Below, piece after piece: positions 1 to 13,396 of a DNA stretch of 64,000 nucleotides. The notes beneath the pieces are model-generated. The model had not been told where the DNA came from. It worked only from the letters and a program-made list of their open reading frames with translations, and did not search any database. The position numbers were made by a program, and so were the translations under genes. Positions within the stretch are counted from its first letter, which is position 1. Every line of letters begins with the position of its first letter. Source of the DNA: Chrysomallon squamiferum (taxonomy: Eukaryota; Animalia; Mollusca); NCBI GenBank assembly GCA_012295275.1, contig CM022679.1, positions 20,398,001-20,462,000 of the forward strand. The letters run 5' to 3'.

Positions 1-234
1 AAAAGAAGAAGAAACCCACATGATGTATGATTTGATAAGGCAGTTACCCAGCATTGGCTAGAATGTGATGTTTAGCTTAAAAGAGAAAAATACCTCAGTA
101 CTCAGAAAATGCAATTATTAATATTAATAATGTCCAGGCTGCAACAGAATAGTTTTCTTACATACAAAGATTATTTTTGGGAATATTGAACATTAGCCTT
201 TAAGTAGATACATTTTTTTTTTTTTTCTCTTCAG

Positions 235-251
235 ATATTTTGGTCTTCCAG
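235..251 (+). CDS. Tcf: Probable 17-nt coding microexon, reading (x)YFGLP(D)
   Basis: Long poly-T tract plus CTCTTCAG acceptor (AG 233-234) and CAG|GTAAAT donor (252). It ends in phase 1 with G, which completes GAC (Asp) with the phase-1 exon at 19837. No stop in that frame. Confidence 0.55.
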
Positions 252-1265
252 GTAAATACTTACTTTAGAAAATTAATATTTCACATAGATTAATTTACTC
301 TTTAATTTAAGTGAAAGCCAAACAAGTCATAGAATAAGGTACAAGTATTTTTATAAACCATGATTTTAGTAATTATAATACAGGATTTTGGCATATTGCT
401 TACATTATTATTATTTTTCATTTTTGTATATCTGAAACTTTTTATTTATATTGTTTTTGTATACAGTATCAGTGTCAGTGTAAAATTAAATTCAAGAATT
501 TAGGATAGAAATAAAAAATAATCATTAAAATTTAAATAAATTTCCATTTTAAAAATTTTTTACTTGTAAAATAATTTATGTGTAATTAAATATTTTGATA
601 AAAAATAATTGAATTTAAATGGTGGGAAAAAGGTTTTGAAATGTGCTTTTCACATTGTTTTTGTTACTGTTTATAAATTCAATAAATTTAAATTAATATT
701 GAAAACTAAAAAGGCTGGACATTAATAATTTTTGGTACTGTGTCAGGGTATAGTTGTATTAATTATTAGATGTGTATGTTCTTCTGTGTTGTAAACAGAT
801 AAAAGTTTATGATCCACTGATGCACAAGATCAATATTTTTAAATTTGTAAGATTTAAAAACAATCTTGTAATCATTTCTATAGTACAGTATTAATACTGA
901 AGAGTTATTTATTTATTTATTTTGCATTAGGAGAAAGGAGAAAGCTCAAAGTCTGATGTATTTTGTTATTGCTTAGTAACAATTGTTGTTTATATTTTTT
1001 GTATTAATAGTAGCACTTATAATAGTATAGTCAGAGTGTGCATAGTACATATTATATCCTGGCTTTAATTTGTAAAATTAATTTTCAGTAAAGAAAATAT
1101 GACACTCCACTTCTTTATACCTGATGATTTTTTATAACAGAACATAATTGTTGAAAGCTTTCTGTCACAATAATGCTTTTTTCCCAGTGGGATAAATGGA
1201 ACTTGAAGAACTAATAATAATTGTACTGGCTTTTTTCAGACTGCTTTATGGAGGAACATGCTTCA

Positions 1266-1400
1266 ATTCCCTCAGCTTTTAACTTTTTCCTTCATCTTTA
1301 TATTCCCTCAGCTCACAATTCCCCTTGTTTTATGTCCCTTCAGCTCTGTGTTCTCTCAGCTTTATGTTTCTACAGCTCTGTGCTTCCTTAGTCTTTTGTG
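1266..1400. repeat. Degenerate minisatellite built on a (C)CTCAGCT core
   Basis: Five recurring CAGCT units with similar flanks, roughly 16 bp period in the second half. Confidence 0.6.
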
Positions 1401-2550
1401 TTTATGAACTGAAGACTGCTCCATGACATCATAGTCTTGTAACATCATAATATTTTTTGTTACCAGGTTTTATATATAAAATAGAGCTAACTTTATAATG
1501 CTGTAAGACTTAAATGTTTTGTACATATCCCATTTTTTAATTCCAGCCTTTGTTTAGAAATAAGAAAACAGAGTTGATTAGGTTTACACTACTCCAAGAT
1601 GTGTACTACACAGCCTAGTGTTCTTGTTCCAGCTTTTATTTGTGTCAAGCATGTGGAAGTACTGACACAGAAAATGGTTGTGCTATAAGAGCATATTATT
1701 ATTGCTAAAAGAACCTATTCCTTTTGATCACTGGGCCATGAATGAAAGCAACGAAGCCTACACTTTTATTTATCAGCTTGGTAAATCCATTTTGGTTTGG
1801 TTGCCAATGATTCGCAAGTGCTCGGCTTGCTGGACGTACATTCAAGTGAGCAGGCCTGGTGCGAATCAAATTTACAGTTTGAGAGAAATGATTAAATTGG
1901 GCATGTGTATTCGAGTGCATGCATGCCTATGTTGATTGCTTCCATCTGGTCCATGGACTCTTGCTCAAATTTACACAGTGATGATTGAAATAGATAAAGA
2001 AATAGTTGTATATGATTGGTGAGGGAGAGAAAAAAAAAAGAAAAAAACATTCCTAAGATTATCATCAGATATGTAGAAAAAGTGGAATAAGAAAAATGAA
2101 TGAACGGTTGGAATGCCAAAAAAAAAACAAGCATTGGGCTTTTCTTTGTGTCTTTAAAAAACAATAAGTTAAAAATAAAGTGTGGTTTAGTGATTTCACG
2201 TAGTTATTCTTTTGGTTCGTTAATCTGGAATATGAAATGAAATGGATTACATGCCCTGTAGGTGTAATCGTGGATAAGTTTCTCTAGCCTATTAATGTAT
2301 TATGCAGCACTGATCCCAGAAGCCCACAGGCTCACACTGAAATCAGCTTGTGTTAGTGGAGAGAAGCCCTCCATTGTCCTCACTTACAAATAACCTGTGT
2401 AATTTAATTGTAATATGATATTAAATTATTGCAAGAAATTGGATGAGTAAGCATATGACAGGATCCTAAGATTGAACTGATATGACTCCATCAGTGTGGG
2501 TTTTTTGTATTATTATTTTATATATTTTTTAAAATTATTTTTCTTTTACT

Positions 2551-3135
2551 TTATTATTTTTTAATACTATTTAAAATCTTGTTATATATAAGCTGTAATA
2601 TTAGAGTGCACAGAACAGGTTGTTATTTTTATCACATCTAATTATTGTATTCTTTACTCAGTTCTTTTAAAATGTATTACTAAAATCTATTATTAATGAA
2701 TTTTGGTAATTATATTAATCTTTATGACTGCTTTTTGTGGTTTTATTTTTATTTATTTTTATTTTATATATTTTTTAATTATTATTTTTAATTTTTCATT
2801 CATTTATTTGTGTGTGTGTTTGTGTTTTCAAATTTTTTTTTACAGACAATTGATTCAGCATACACAAAAATAGTATTATACTGACCTTCTTTTTTGGGGT
2901 TGCTTTTTTGTTGGTTATTTTAAAATCGAAATCAAAAGAAATAACTGATTATGATGTCCAACATTAAAAAGATTTGTTTTTATGAGTATGTCAATTTTTT
3001 TTTTTTTTTTTATTATTTTTTAATAATATTTAAAATCTTGTTATATGTAAGCTGTAATATCAGAGTGCACAGAATGGGTTGTTATTTTTATCACATCTAA
3101 TTATCACATCACATCTTTACTCAGTTCATTTAAAA
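2551..3135. repeat. Local direct repeat of about 120 bp (2551-2672 and 3010-3135)
   Basis: TATTTAAAATCTTGTTATAT.TAAGCTGTAATAT.AGAGTGCACAGAA..GGTTGTTATTTTTATCACATCTAATTAT occurs twice, about 460 bp apart. Confidence 0.9.
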
Positions 3136-4946
3136 CATTTTCACCTGCATCACATTGCAAATCTGAACAATGCCCTGGTATTTTCTAAAAGCTGAATTTG
3201 TTTCTGGAGAAATAGACATTAATTAGAAAGAGATCAGAGCTGGCAGGTTAAAATTAGGGTCAGCCAAGAAACAAACAATATTTTATGAAATGCCTAATCT
3301 GGTTTTAAAAACTCTTCATTAATGTCAGCTCATATCACAGTTACATGAATATCACTAAACATGTATACTAGTACACTTTATCAGAGCTTTTATTATGTAT
3401 GAAGTACTTGGCATGCTGTTATTGACTCTAGTTCAGAGTGTAATTATATTACCATTTTCATAAAATTCACATTTTTATTTTTATTTATTTTTTTTTTTTT
3501 TTTTGATTGACATTTTGAGGAAATAAAATTAACAAAAAAAAAAATAATAAAACATCTCTAAAACAAAATCTGTGAAAATAACTGGAATTACCTGAAGGCA
3601 TACAGGTGTGTGTGTTTTTTTTTTGTTTTTTTGTTTTTTTGAAACACAAAAACGTAATTACTTCTGACGTAGAAGCCAAACTTCGGGATTACCACATGGA
3701 GACAGCTGACGCCACACAAGTCCCGCGACTTGGCAGAGACAATACAAATGAAGTTACATGCTGTAGAAGGATGAGTTGGGGATTTCTCTGTACAAGGTGT
3801 TACCTGAACGGTGGTACAGAATTCCATGTCAACAAGTGTCAACATTGTTCTTACTGCCAGTCCCTTGCCACTGCAGATGTCTTGTTTGATTGTTATTTTA
3901 ACTGTCGTCGTCTGAAAATAACATGCTTAGTAATAATAACAAAACATTTGATAATAAGCCAGAAAACAGCAATATTAAAATAACATCAATACATGAACAG
4001 TGGTAAATAGGTGGAATAGTCTAAGAACTATGTCTTCGATGAAGCAAGAAAAAGAATAGTGTTTCACTATTTTATGCTTGTAAATGGTTTGATATTCACT
4101 ATTATATCATTGACAAATAAGTAGTTGGTGTATATATATAGACCTATTATATATATATTATATCCATTGATTATTACAGTTACATTGTTTTAAAGAATAA
4201 ATGCTTAATGCCAAACGATTTATCTGTGTGCTATAACTTTAAATAATGTCTAGTAAAGAAATGTTTTGTTGTACTAAGTGAATGTTTACATTTTTTTATT
4301 TTTTAGTGATTGCTATTTTGACTACTCTGATGATTATTAAAATTGTATAAATTATTATTTAATATTAAATAAGTATGAGTATTTAACAAAATGAAAAAAA
4401 GGCATTATTTTTATTGTTTAATTGGTAGTATCAGTGTTTTAGAAAAACAAGAAAAGAAAAAGACGTTAGTACCAAATTGTATTTGCACTAGGCTATATTT
4501 TGTTATTGGTGCCAAAAGGTAAAGAAATAAAGAAGGAAAAGAGTGTGAATTGAAATTTGTTTTAGTGTTGGGTTACAGCTGAGAGAGTCATGCCTTGTTA
4601 CTGAGTATTTCTCTGTGCTGCCGAGGTCACAACAATGTTTCCCATTCATCAGCACACTGAAGATCATTGCCACCAACTCATGTTGTAAGCATACAAAAGC
4701 ATATCATTGCCTGCTGTGTGGGAAGTCATTCAAACTGCCACCAGCACACTGTATGATTTCTCTTCTGTATTGTAGTCGGTCAAAAACGGTGCTTTTGTGG
4801 CAAACATGTTCTCCTTTCAGACACTCCTCCACTCAACATCATTGAATATTGTCATTTTATTGAAAAGAAATTTCAAAAAAAAAAAAAGAAGAAGAAAAAG
4901 TATGTTATGTATATATCTATCCATATATATGTATGAATGTAGATAT

Positions 4947-4947
<1 letters not shown>

Positions 4948-4993
<46 letters not shown>
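4948..4993. repeat. (CA)n microsatellite
   Basis: Directly visible. Similar CA/TG tracts near 12228, 13363, 18111 and 28487. Confidence 0.97.
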
Positions 4994-4994
<1 letters not shown>

Positions 4995-7370
4995 TCATAC
5001 ATGAATACATATTTATGAATATGAAATAAGGTTATTTTGATATATAGCATAAATTAGGCTCAGTCAGAGACATGGCATTATTGAATATTGTTTTTTGTTT
5101 TATTTTATTATATTTTTCTTATTAACATATAAAATTAATGTTTAATTAGCACATTTTAATTATATATACATTTTATAAATATAAAGCAAGACTTAGTTAT
5201 GACATAAATTAATGGGTTTTTTTGGTTGTAAACACTAAACTTTATCAACTATAAATTAGGTTAATGAAGTTGTCCCTCAGGTTAGTAGTTATATTTAGTG
5301 ACAGAAAAAGTAATTAAAATAAGTATAAGAAAAATAAATAATTTTGTTTTAAAAACAAGCATCTCTTAAGATATTGTGTCAGGTTCAATTTTCTATCAGT
5401 ATTTTCTGTAAAATGTTTAAATAAAGACAATAACAACAAAATCAGACATATCTGATCATTTCTGAAATGACTGAAAATGTATGATTGAAAAAAATTATTA
5501 ATTTTTTTTTTAATAAATTATCATGCATCTTGTTTAATGTTACAACTGTATAATATATTCAGTTGTGACAATCTTTAGTATCTGTTTAGTTTATTCCCAT
5601 GCAGTGTACCTCCTACAGTTATGTGTTCTTTTATAGAATACTTCTTACATTTGTTTTCTCTTTGCAGGATACCTCCTACCATGATATAAAATAAAAAGAT
5701 TTATTATAATATTAATTAATGTTACACTGTTACACTGAAAATCTGAATGGATGCACCTCTATACATTTATACTTTTTTCCCTTTTCAACCAGTTTCAGAA
5801 CTGATTTATCAACATCCAAGGTTTACTATTTATGGAAAGGTGCACACATCTCTTGCTGCTTATCAGAATAGAATAGAATATAGTTTGAATTCCATTCAGT
5901 ATCTCCATGGTCTTTAAATATATTTTAACCCATGTAACTGTAGGTTAAAAATGCATTGTTAAATAAAGCATTTCTTATTCACTTTAATGTAAATTGTTAT
6001 TAGACAAGCAGATTTTTTTAACCACATTTATTCTCAACACTAATTAATTTCGTTTTTATTCTGTGTGATTGTTTATGACTTGAATTAAAAAAACTGAATC
6101 TTCTTTCTTTTTCTTCTTCTTCTTATTTTTTTAAAACTGGTCATGATTATAACATAAACAGTTGGTTTTGGGGGTTTTGCTGGTTTTTGCAGAGGCAGGC
6201 AAGATTGTGAGCTGTTTTATTTGTAAAAAATTTTATTATCTGAATTTGTTATTTCTGACATACATGTTTAGATACAAACTCAAAGGGTCTGCATTTGTTT
6301 TTTGTTTTTTAAAATATATTAAATGGAAGTGTATAAAAATATTCTTTGAAAAAATTCAAAATAAAAGAGGTTTAATATTTTTTGTTTTTCATTATTATTT
6401 TTTGAAATGGATACTGTATTTTAAACTGAATTTGTTTCATTAACAGCACCAGTTTGTTACAATTTTTTAGAAACACCTACAGATGATGTTTAGTTCCAGA
6501 GCTAGTAATTTAAAAAGAAAGACAAGAAAAGAAAAAAATTCTTACATCATTGTTTGTGTTCTTAGAATTTGCTCATGTTGTTTGGATCACTGGTGCAGGT
6601 TCTTGCAGTGAGTCCTGTTATCCCCATTCTAGATGAGATGACTTACATGTGGCATTTTAATACTTGATCAATTCATTGCATGTGTCAACATAAGTCTGTC
6701 TATTGGATTATTTTAATCTTGTTATGATAAACTGCTTACACATTTCTGATTGTGCAATGATACTGCTTATTTCTTCTCTTTTTTAAAAACTTTTTAACCT
6801 CTTTTTTTCTTTTTTTTTTATTTGTAATTTAAAAAGAATGATATTCATAATGATACAGTTTTTGATTACTAAATTTATTTATTAAATTCTGTTAAAATAA
6901 ATTTTCAAAGATGATAATGATTAATGATTATAATGATAAACTGTTTTAAAAAAATGTTCATTATTTAACTGATAAATTTTTATCCTTGAACATCATGCAG
7001 AATTAAGAAGACGTCTATGTTATTTTAATTAGATGTCTTAAAATGTCATTTATATAGGCTTGAAATTTAAAGTATCTAAAATTATTTCAAGGAACAAAAT
7101 TAGCAGATAATAAACTAACATACGAATAACAATAAATGAATAAATAACTGAGGAAATGAATAAATTATATTATAATACTGAAAAGATATTAAGTAAGGAT
7201 GAATATTAATATAGTGTACATTGCATGGCTCATTTTAAAATTGTTTTCCTTTTATTACTACCGCAGTTAATAAACAAGGTTCAAGGTTTATGATTAAATC
7301 AATAAATAGAGATCAAATAGCTGAATAATTTCCTTTCTTCATACAAATTTATCATTTAATTGTAGTTTCA

Positions 7371-7670
7371 TATGACAGTATCAGTGGACTGACCTTTTGT
7401 ATGATTGTGTCATTGCACTGTATACTTGTATCATTGGGTTGTATGATTGTATTGGTGAACTGTACTTTAGTATCATAGTATCATAATATCATTGTATCAC
7501 TGGTTTCTACTTTGGTATGATACCATCACTGGATTTGAGTTTTGCACAATCGTATTTTTATATGGTACTGATAGTACTACTTGGTTTAACTTTTGTATGA
7601 TTGTATCACTGGATTGTATGATTGTATTGGTGGACTGTACTTACATATCACTGAATTACATGAATGTGAC
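7371..7670. repeat. Degenerate minisatellite of about 21 bp (GTATGATTGTATCACTGGATT-like)
   Basis: Recurring TGTATGATTGT and GTATCACTGG motifs. Confidence 0.8.
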
Positions 7671-10600
7671 TTTAGAATACAGTTACAAACAAATTTTGTC
7701 ACAATATTTGTCTTTTATACAAATTATCATAGGATTTTTTCTTCCATACAAATTTGTCCTTGGATTATGCTTTCATACTCATTCATTCTCATATTTATCG
7801 CTGTTTCATAGAAATTTATCTTGAGATAATATATATTAGAGAATGTTATATGTACATGCATAACAGGCTAACCTGTAACGATAACAGTGTTAATTATGAG
7901 TGGGTGTAGAATATAAAAGATTAGGTCATACAAAATCATTAGGACAAGAAAGAACAAGCGTCACACCTGCCTCCAACACTTAGGTTCAGCCTGTCAGCAT
8001 GCTAGCACATCTCTGTCTGACAGGCAGCTGTCTACACACACATCTATCATAGGTCATGTTGATAACTGCATGTCACTTGTTGGCAGATTTCACAGACATA
8101 TTTTTATTACAGTATTGTGTTAATAACTATTGTTCACACTTTTTCAGTACAGTTTATACTGAATAATAGCAGTACTGTTTTGTACTTTCATTTATTTTTC
8201 CTTTTTTAAATATCTTTTTAGAGAGGCTATATTTTTATATCGAAAAATTATATTTCTGTTTATGATTTTGAACAGGCAGATTTTAATCAAATTATTTTGA
8301 ACACTGTTTTAGTTATATTTTGTTTTCATTTATTCAAAGAATTTTTATTATTAAAATATGGCAGTGTCTGAGTTAGCATCTTTAAACTGATTCATAGTAA
8401 TATAATTATTAATATTGATTTATTTTCATATGATTTTCTGCAATACTATATAAGTGACAATAATTTGCTTTGTTCAAAGACTTTGTATTTAAAATATGTA
8501 GAGGGTGAAATTAATATTTTTGTTATTTGAGTTAAGTTGTAAATAAATATTTTATATTTTGTGTAAGAAATTTCATAAATACTGTATTTCAAAATATGAA
8601 AGTCTAAATTGTATTTTGATTTTTAAATGCTATAAGTGGAACAAATTTATATTCTTTCTCTTCCCCATAAAATATTTATGCATTAAAGGTACATTTCACC
8701 ATTTTCTTTTTATGCTGTTTTGAAAGTGATTTCCCCTGGCCTTCCACCGATTGCAGTGTATTATTTTAATTAAATATATGTTTTCTTGTGCCTTTCAAGG
8801 AAATGAACTATTAAACATTTCACACACGCAGACTGCAAAGGATTTTGGTTGCATGTTTTCTCGGGGGATTTCTGAGCTGCTGAATGTACAATTTTATTTC
8901 TACGTCTGCTTCATGTTCTCTCTTAAACTGCCGTTTTTTTCTCCTCGTATAAACACGAAATGATCGGCTATCCCCAATTTGTACGCTGACTCATCTGACA
9001 TGTTTTCTTGTGTTATCCTTTGAAAATGTGTAACGGAATCCTGCTAATATCTGTAATGTCTGATTATGTCATTGATTTCCAGGGTCAGCATGGTGTGTTT
9101 AATCTCAGCTTGAAGCAACTTTCATTCCAATTGAATCCTTGTTTTTCATTACAGAAAATTCATCAAGTCATCTGACATGTTTTTTGGATTTAACAAAAAG
9201 GAAAAAGAAAAGGAGAAAAAAAAATCAACAACAAACAAAAACATTAAATCTTGTGTCATTTTCTTTTTAGAATGATACTTTCCTGAAGACAGCAAGAAAA
9301 CATTGAAATAAACCAAACATTTGCGGAAAATTGAGTCAAACCAATGCAATTGCTTCTGGTGGGAAAACCAATTCCCTAAGGGAGAGCATTTATACAAGCT
9401 CACCTTCTTTTTTTTCTTTTTTTTTTTCTTTCTTTTTAAAAATATTTTATGCTGGGGGCAATGCACCGCATGTTAACAAGACACCAGTGATTATCTTTAG
9501 ATCTCATGCTTGACAGCACTTGAACTGTGATTACTTGAGGTAGGAGTGGACATCGTTAATATGGCCTCAACATCGATTCTGTCCTCAGCATCTTCCCCAG
9601 GTTGACCTGTCTCTTTCTCTCATAACAAAGCAATTGTGCTCATTCTGTTGTTGCTGGCTGTTGGTTAGCCGGGCCTTTATTTCACCAACACTGCTGTTGT
9701 CACCTGAAGGGCAGGATTAAAGATTACAATTCAGTGCATTGTTACATACACATACAAGCAAACATCTCGTATCCCCAGCTTAAATAACGCCTTCTCCTTA
9801 TGAAAAATGACTTGGTAGTAAATGTAATATAGCTAATGGCTTGTTCATATTTTTAAGATGTTGTCCTTATTTGCACCTGTGTATGAGTTATGCACTGTTA
9901 GACATCTGTCTGTGTTGATTAATCAAAATAAAGGTAGAGAGATTAGGGTAGAAGAGGATTATTAATCCATCTTATTTGCTGAACTCAAATAATGGCAAAT
10001 GTTGCTCGCCTGCTGTGCTATGAAAAAAGATACTGGGAGTTAAATACAATATTGTTACACAGAAAAATAAACAGAATTGAGAAGTATTTTAAAATAACTT
10101 GTATGTTTTAAAATACAGCTGATTTTACATGATAGTTATAATCTGAATGAAGACTAGTATATCTACAGCAGTAACAATTAAACACAATTATTGTTATCTT
10201 TTATGTTAAGCCAGTTACATTCACAATGATTAGTCAGTCATTCAAAAAAAAATGATCTAGAAAATATTAAAGATTAAAGGGTTTTACACAGTAGTTAACT
10301 GAATACACAATATTGTTCATTTAAACAAAATTTTATTTCCATTTAAAAAGTAGTAGTCTAGGGATTGACCACATTCTTGTTAGTACTTATGACAAACATT
10401 TTAAAAAGAACATAACAAGTTATAACATTTTACTTAGTTTATTGTTGTTACTTGTGTATTCAGTTATGTGGTACATGTTTACAAGCTTGAATGAGACCCA
10501 CAACAAAAATTATATTTAGTAAAAGCAGCAAGCTAAGATGTAATCATACATAAAGGACCACTGTGCTGGTGTTTTGGCATATGACAGGAAAATGTGCCTA

Positions 10601-11742
10601 TCACTACATGTTGACATTTGAGGCATCATTCAGCCAGTAAATTGCAGGAAGTGTGAAATATGAGTAGACGTGCTTTACAGACTGGTCATTTTTATATTGC
10701 AGGTCAGTCATAGTAATGCACTGTGTAACTGTCCTTTATTGTTAATCTTAGTACAGTTTTTTCCAGTGAAATTATAGGCAATGTAGTATTGTTAGATACA
10801 AAATAGTATTTTAAAAATAGTACATGTTGTGTAATTAATGATTCACTATAAATAAATTCTATGTTTTCATAAGTTTGTGACATAAAAAACCATTTGTCTG
10901 TTCTAAAATTATTTTATTATAATTTCGCCATAAAACTGAAATTGCTCTTAAAGATGAATATGTTTTTGTTCCTATTTTAATTGTGAGAGAAGAGATTTTT
11001 AATTCAGAATTTGAAAACAAACCACTTGCATACTGAACTATTAGAGGATCAGGCCTCACAAAAGCACTCTTTTGTCTATATCTTATCCCAGCATGTGGCC
11101 ATTGGCGCCAACAAAATGATATGTATATTTGTCATTATTATAATAATAGGAAGAATGATAGAATATTAGTTTGAGTAATGTTGTTGCTGCTGCTACTACT
11201 ATTACTACTACTGTCATTACCACCACCCACCTATCTATCTGTCTACATAAGCTGTCTTCAGTTATAATTAATAATATTGTCTCAGCAATTTGATATGTAA
11301 ATCTATCTCATGTACATTAAACAAAAAATATTTTTGTTTTCTGTCTTTTTAAAAAAGAAAACTCTTTAGCTTATCCAAGAATTGACCAAATTATTTTTCA
11401 CTGTCATCGTTGTTCCTCCACGTGAACTGCACTGACATTCCAAATACTGTCGTCCTCATCATCATGGCTCCGTTGAGGACTGAGTTTGCTCAAAGGTCAC
11501 AGTCGCTTGTGATTGAGTTGTCAATTACTTTATGCAATGCTTACCGACATGAGGGAATAAGATGCTAAGTTTAATGATGGATTACACAGGATGAAGGATA
11601 ATTACACAGAATGAAAAGATTATGTGCCGAGGTCTTTTGTGTCGCTGTTGTTATTTTTGTTAATTGCTTGAGATGAAGAAGTCTTCTGAATATTATTTTT
11701 CACCATTTTTATTTTCCAGCACTGGTTTATTTGTTTGTTTGT

Positions 11743-11777
<35 letters not shown>

Positions 11778-12224
11778 TTTTAGGATGATGGAGATTATAT
11801 TATATATTGTTTAAAAAAAATATGTATATTTTAAAAAGCAGCAATTTAAAAAACTAAAATGTTTAATTTCAACTTTATTATGACACATGTTGCTAATTTT
11901 TCTAAAACCCACCAACTATTCAAAGAATAAAATAAGAAAGAAATAAATCATGTCACCTGTCACATTTATCCTTAAAATTTTTACAGCCAATTCCCTTTTT
12001 CTTTCTTTTTTAATTTTTGTTTTTTTTTTTTTAATAATTTTTATAAAAAAGAACAAATATTTTCCAGTTTACAGAGTATGTAAAGGAGGTGTACTCAAGT
12101 AACATTTTGATTTTGACATATAATCAGTCAAACCTTTAACAAATATTTTCAGTTTATAACATTGTGAAATCAATACAAAAAAGTAACACCTTGAAACATT
12201 CTGTTGGCATGTTAACATTTACTT

Positions 12225-12258
<34 letters not shown>

Positions 12259-13361
12259 ATAAAAGTTACCTAATAAATATGAAAATGCTTAGTGTGACCT
12301 ATGAATGCTTTATTCTAAATGCATTAGGACCTGTGCAAGATTGTTAATCTAATTAAAACTTGATTGGCTGACATTTGTTTTTGTTTTGTTTTTTGTCAGT
12401 TAGCATTATATCTGTATTTATTTCCTCTGAAATTCAGTTAAAAATCATCTCCATTTTGCCTTGATACATATTTGTTTTCACTTTCTAATAGTGAATTATT
12501 CTGGTGGTGTTTGTGAAAGATTCAAATGATAGTGAAAAATAAAGGTATGACATTTAATGGTAAATAAATATCAGTTTAGTTTCACATATATGTAAATAAA
12601 ATACAAAAGTTTAATTTCTGTAAGACTGATAAGAAATACAAATTATTTTATTTACAGAAACTCACCCAAGCTTTGGAATGAAAAATATAAAATGTGTGAC
12701 TGACAAACCTTTTTTTTTTTCAAAAATAATTTTTGTGCTGAAGATTGAGACTGGCAAAAAAAAGGCCATTTTGTCACTACTGATACATATTCTGAATTTC
12801 TAAGGCATGAAAAAAATGGAGTGGCAAGAGAAATCTTAAAATTACTTATTAGGTATATTCTCAGTTTTTAAGACACGGAAAAACTGGAATAGGAAAGAAA
12901 GAAAATTTGAACTGCTTTGATTTGGCTGTACTACTAGTAAAAAGTAATAACTGTAATAACCTCTAATACTCTTAACTCTTCCAGTCAGACTTTATAATTA
13001 TCATCAAGATTCATTTAACTAATTGTGACAGGTAAAAGTCTTGACATCTCCAAATGAGGGAAGCATTTTACCGTGATAGCAAAAGTTCTGTGATCACTGG
13101 CCAGAATTAAATATATTAGCAAAAGCACTCGCAATTAGTCAAATGTCAGACAGCCCACTGTGTTAATGGATAAGATATGGAGGGAAATATTGTATTGAAA
13201 TTTCCAAAGTTAATCTCTGTATGATATGAGAAATTAATGTTTGCATGTTGGAGCTTTCAGAATGTAGACTGAATGGTGGAAGTTAGGTTGAAGTTGTAGA
13301 TGGCAGTATGTGTGAGTTCAAGGAGTTCAGTTGGTACCTTTCCAGTGTCAGAATAAATTGA

Positions 13362-13396
<35 letters not shown>

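Noticed and set aside
7371-7824. Regularly spaced repeats resembling a CRISPR array, and ORFs 7492..7824 / 7593..7811
   Set aside because: Degenerate eukaryotic minisatellite with no unique spacers and no cas genes.
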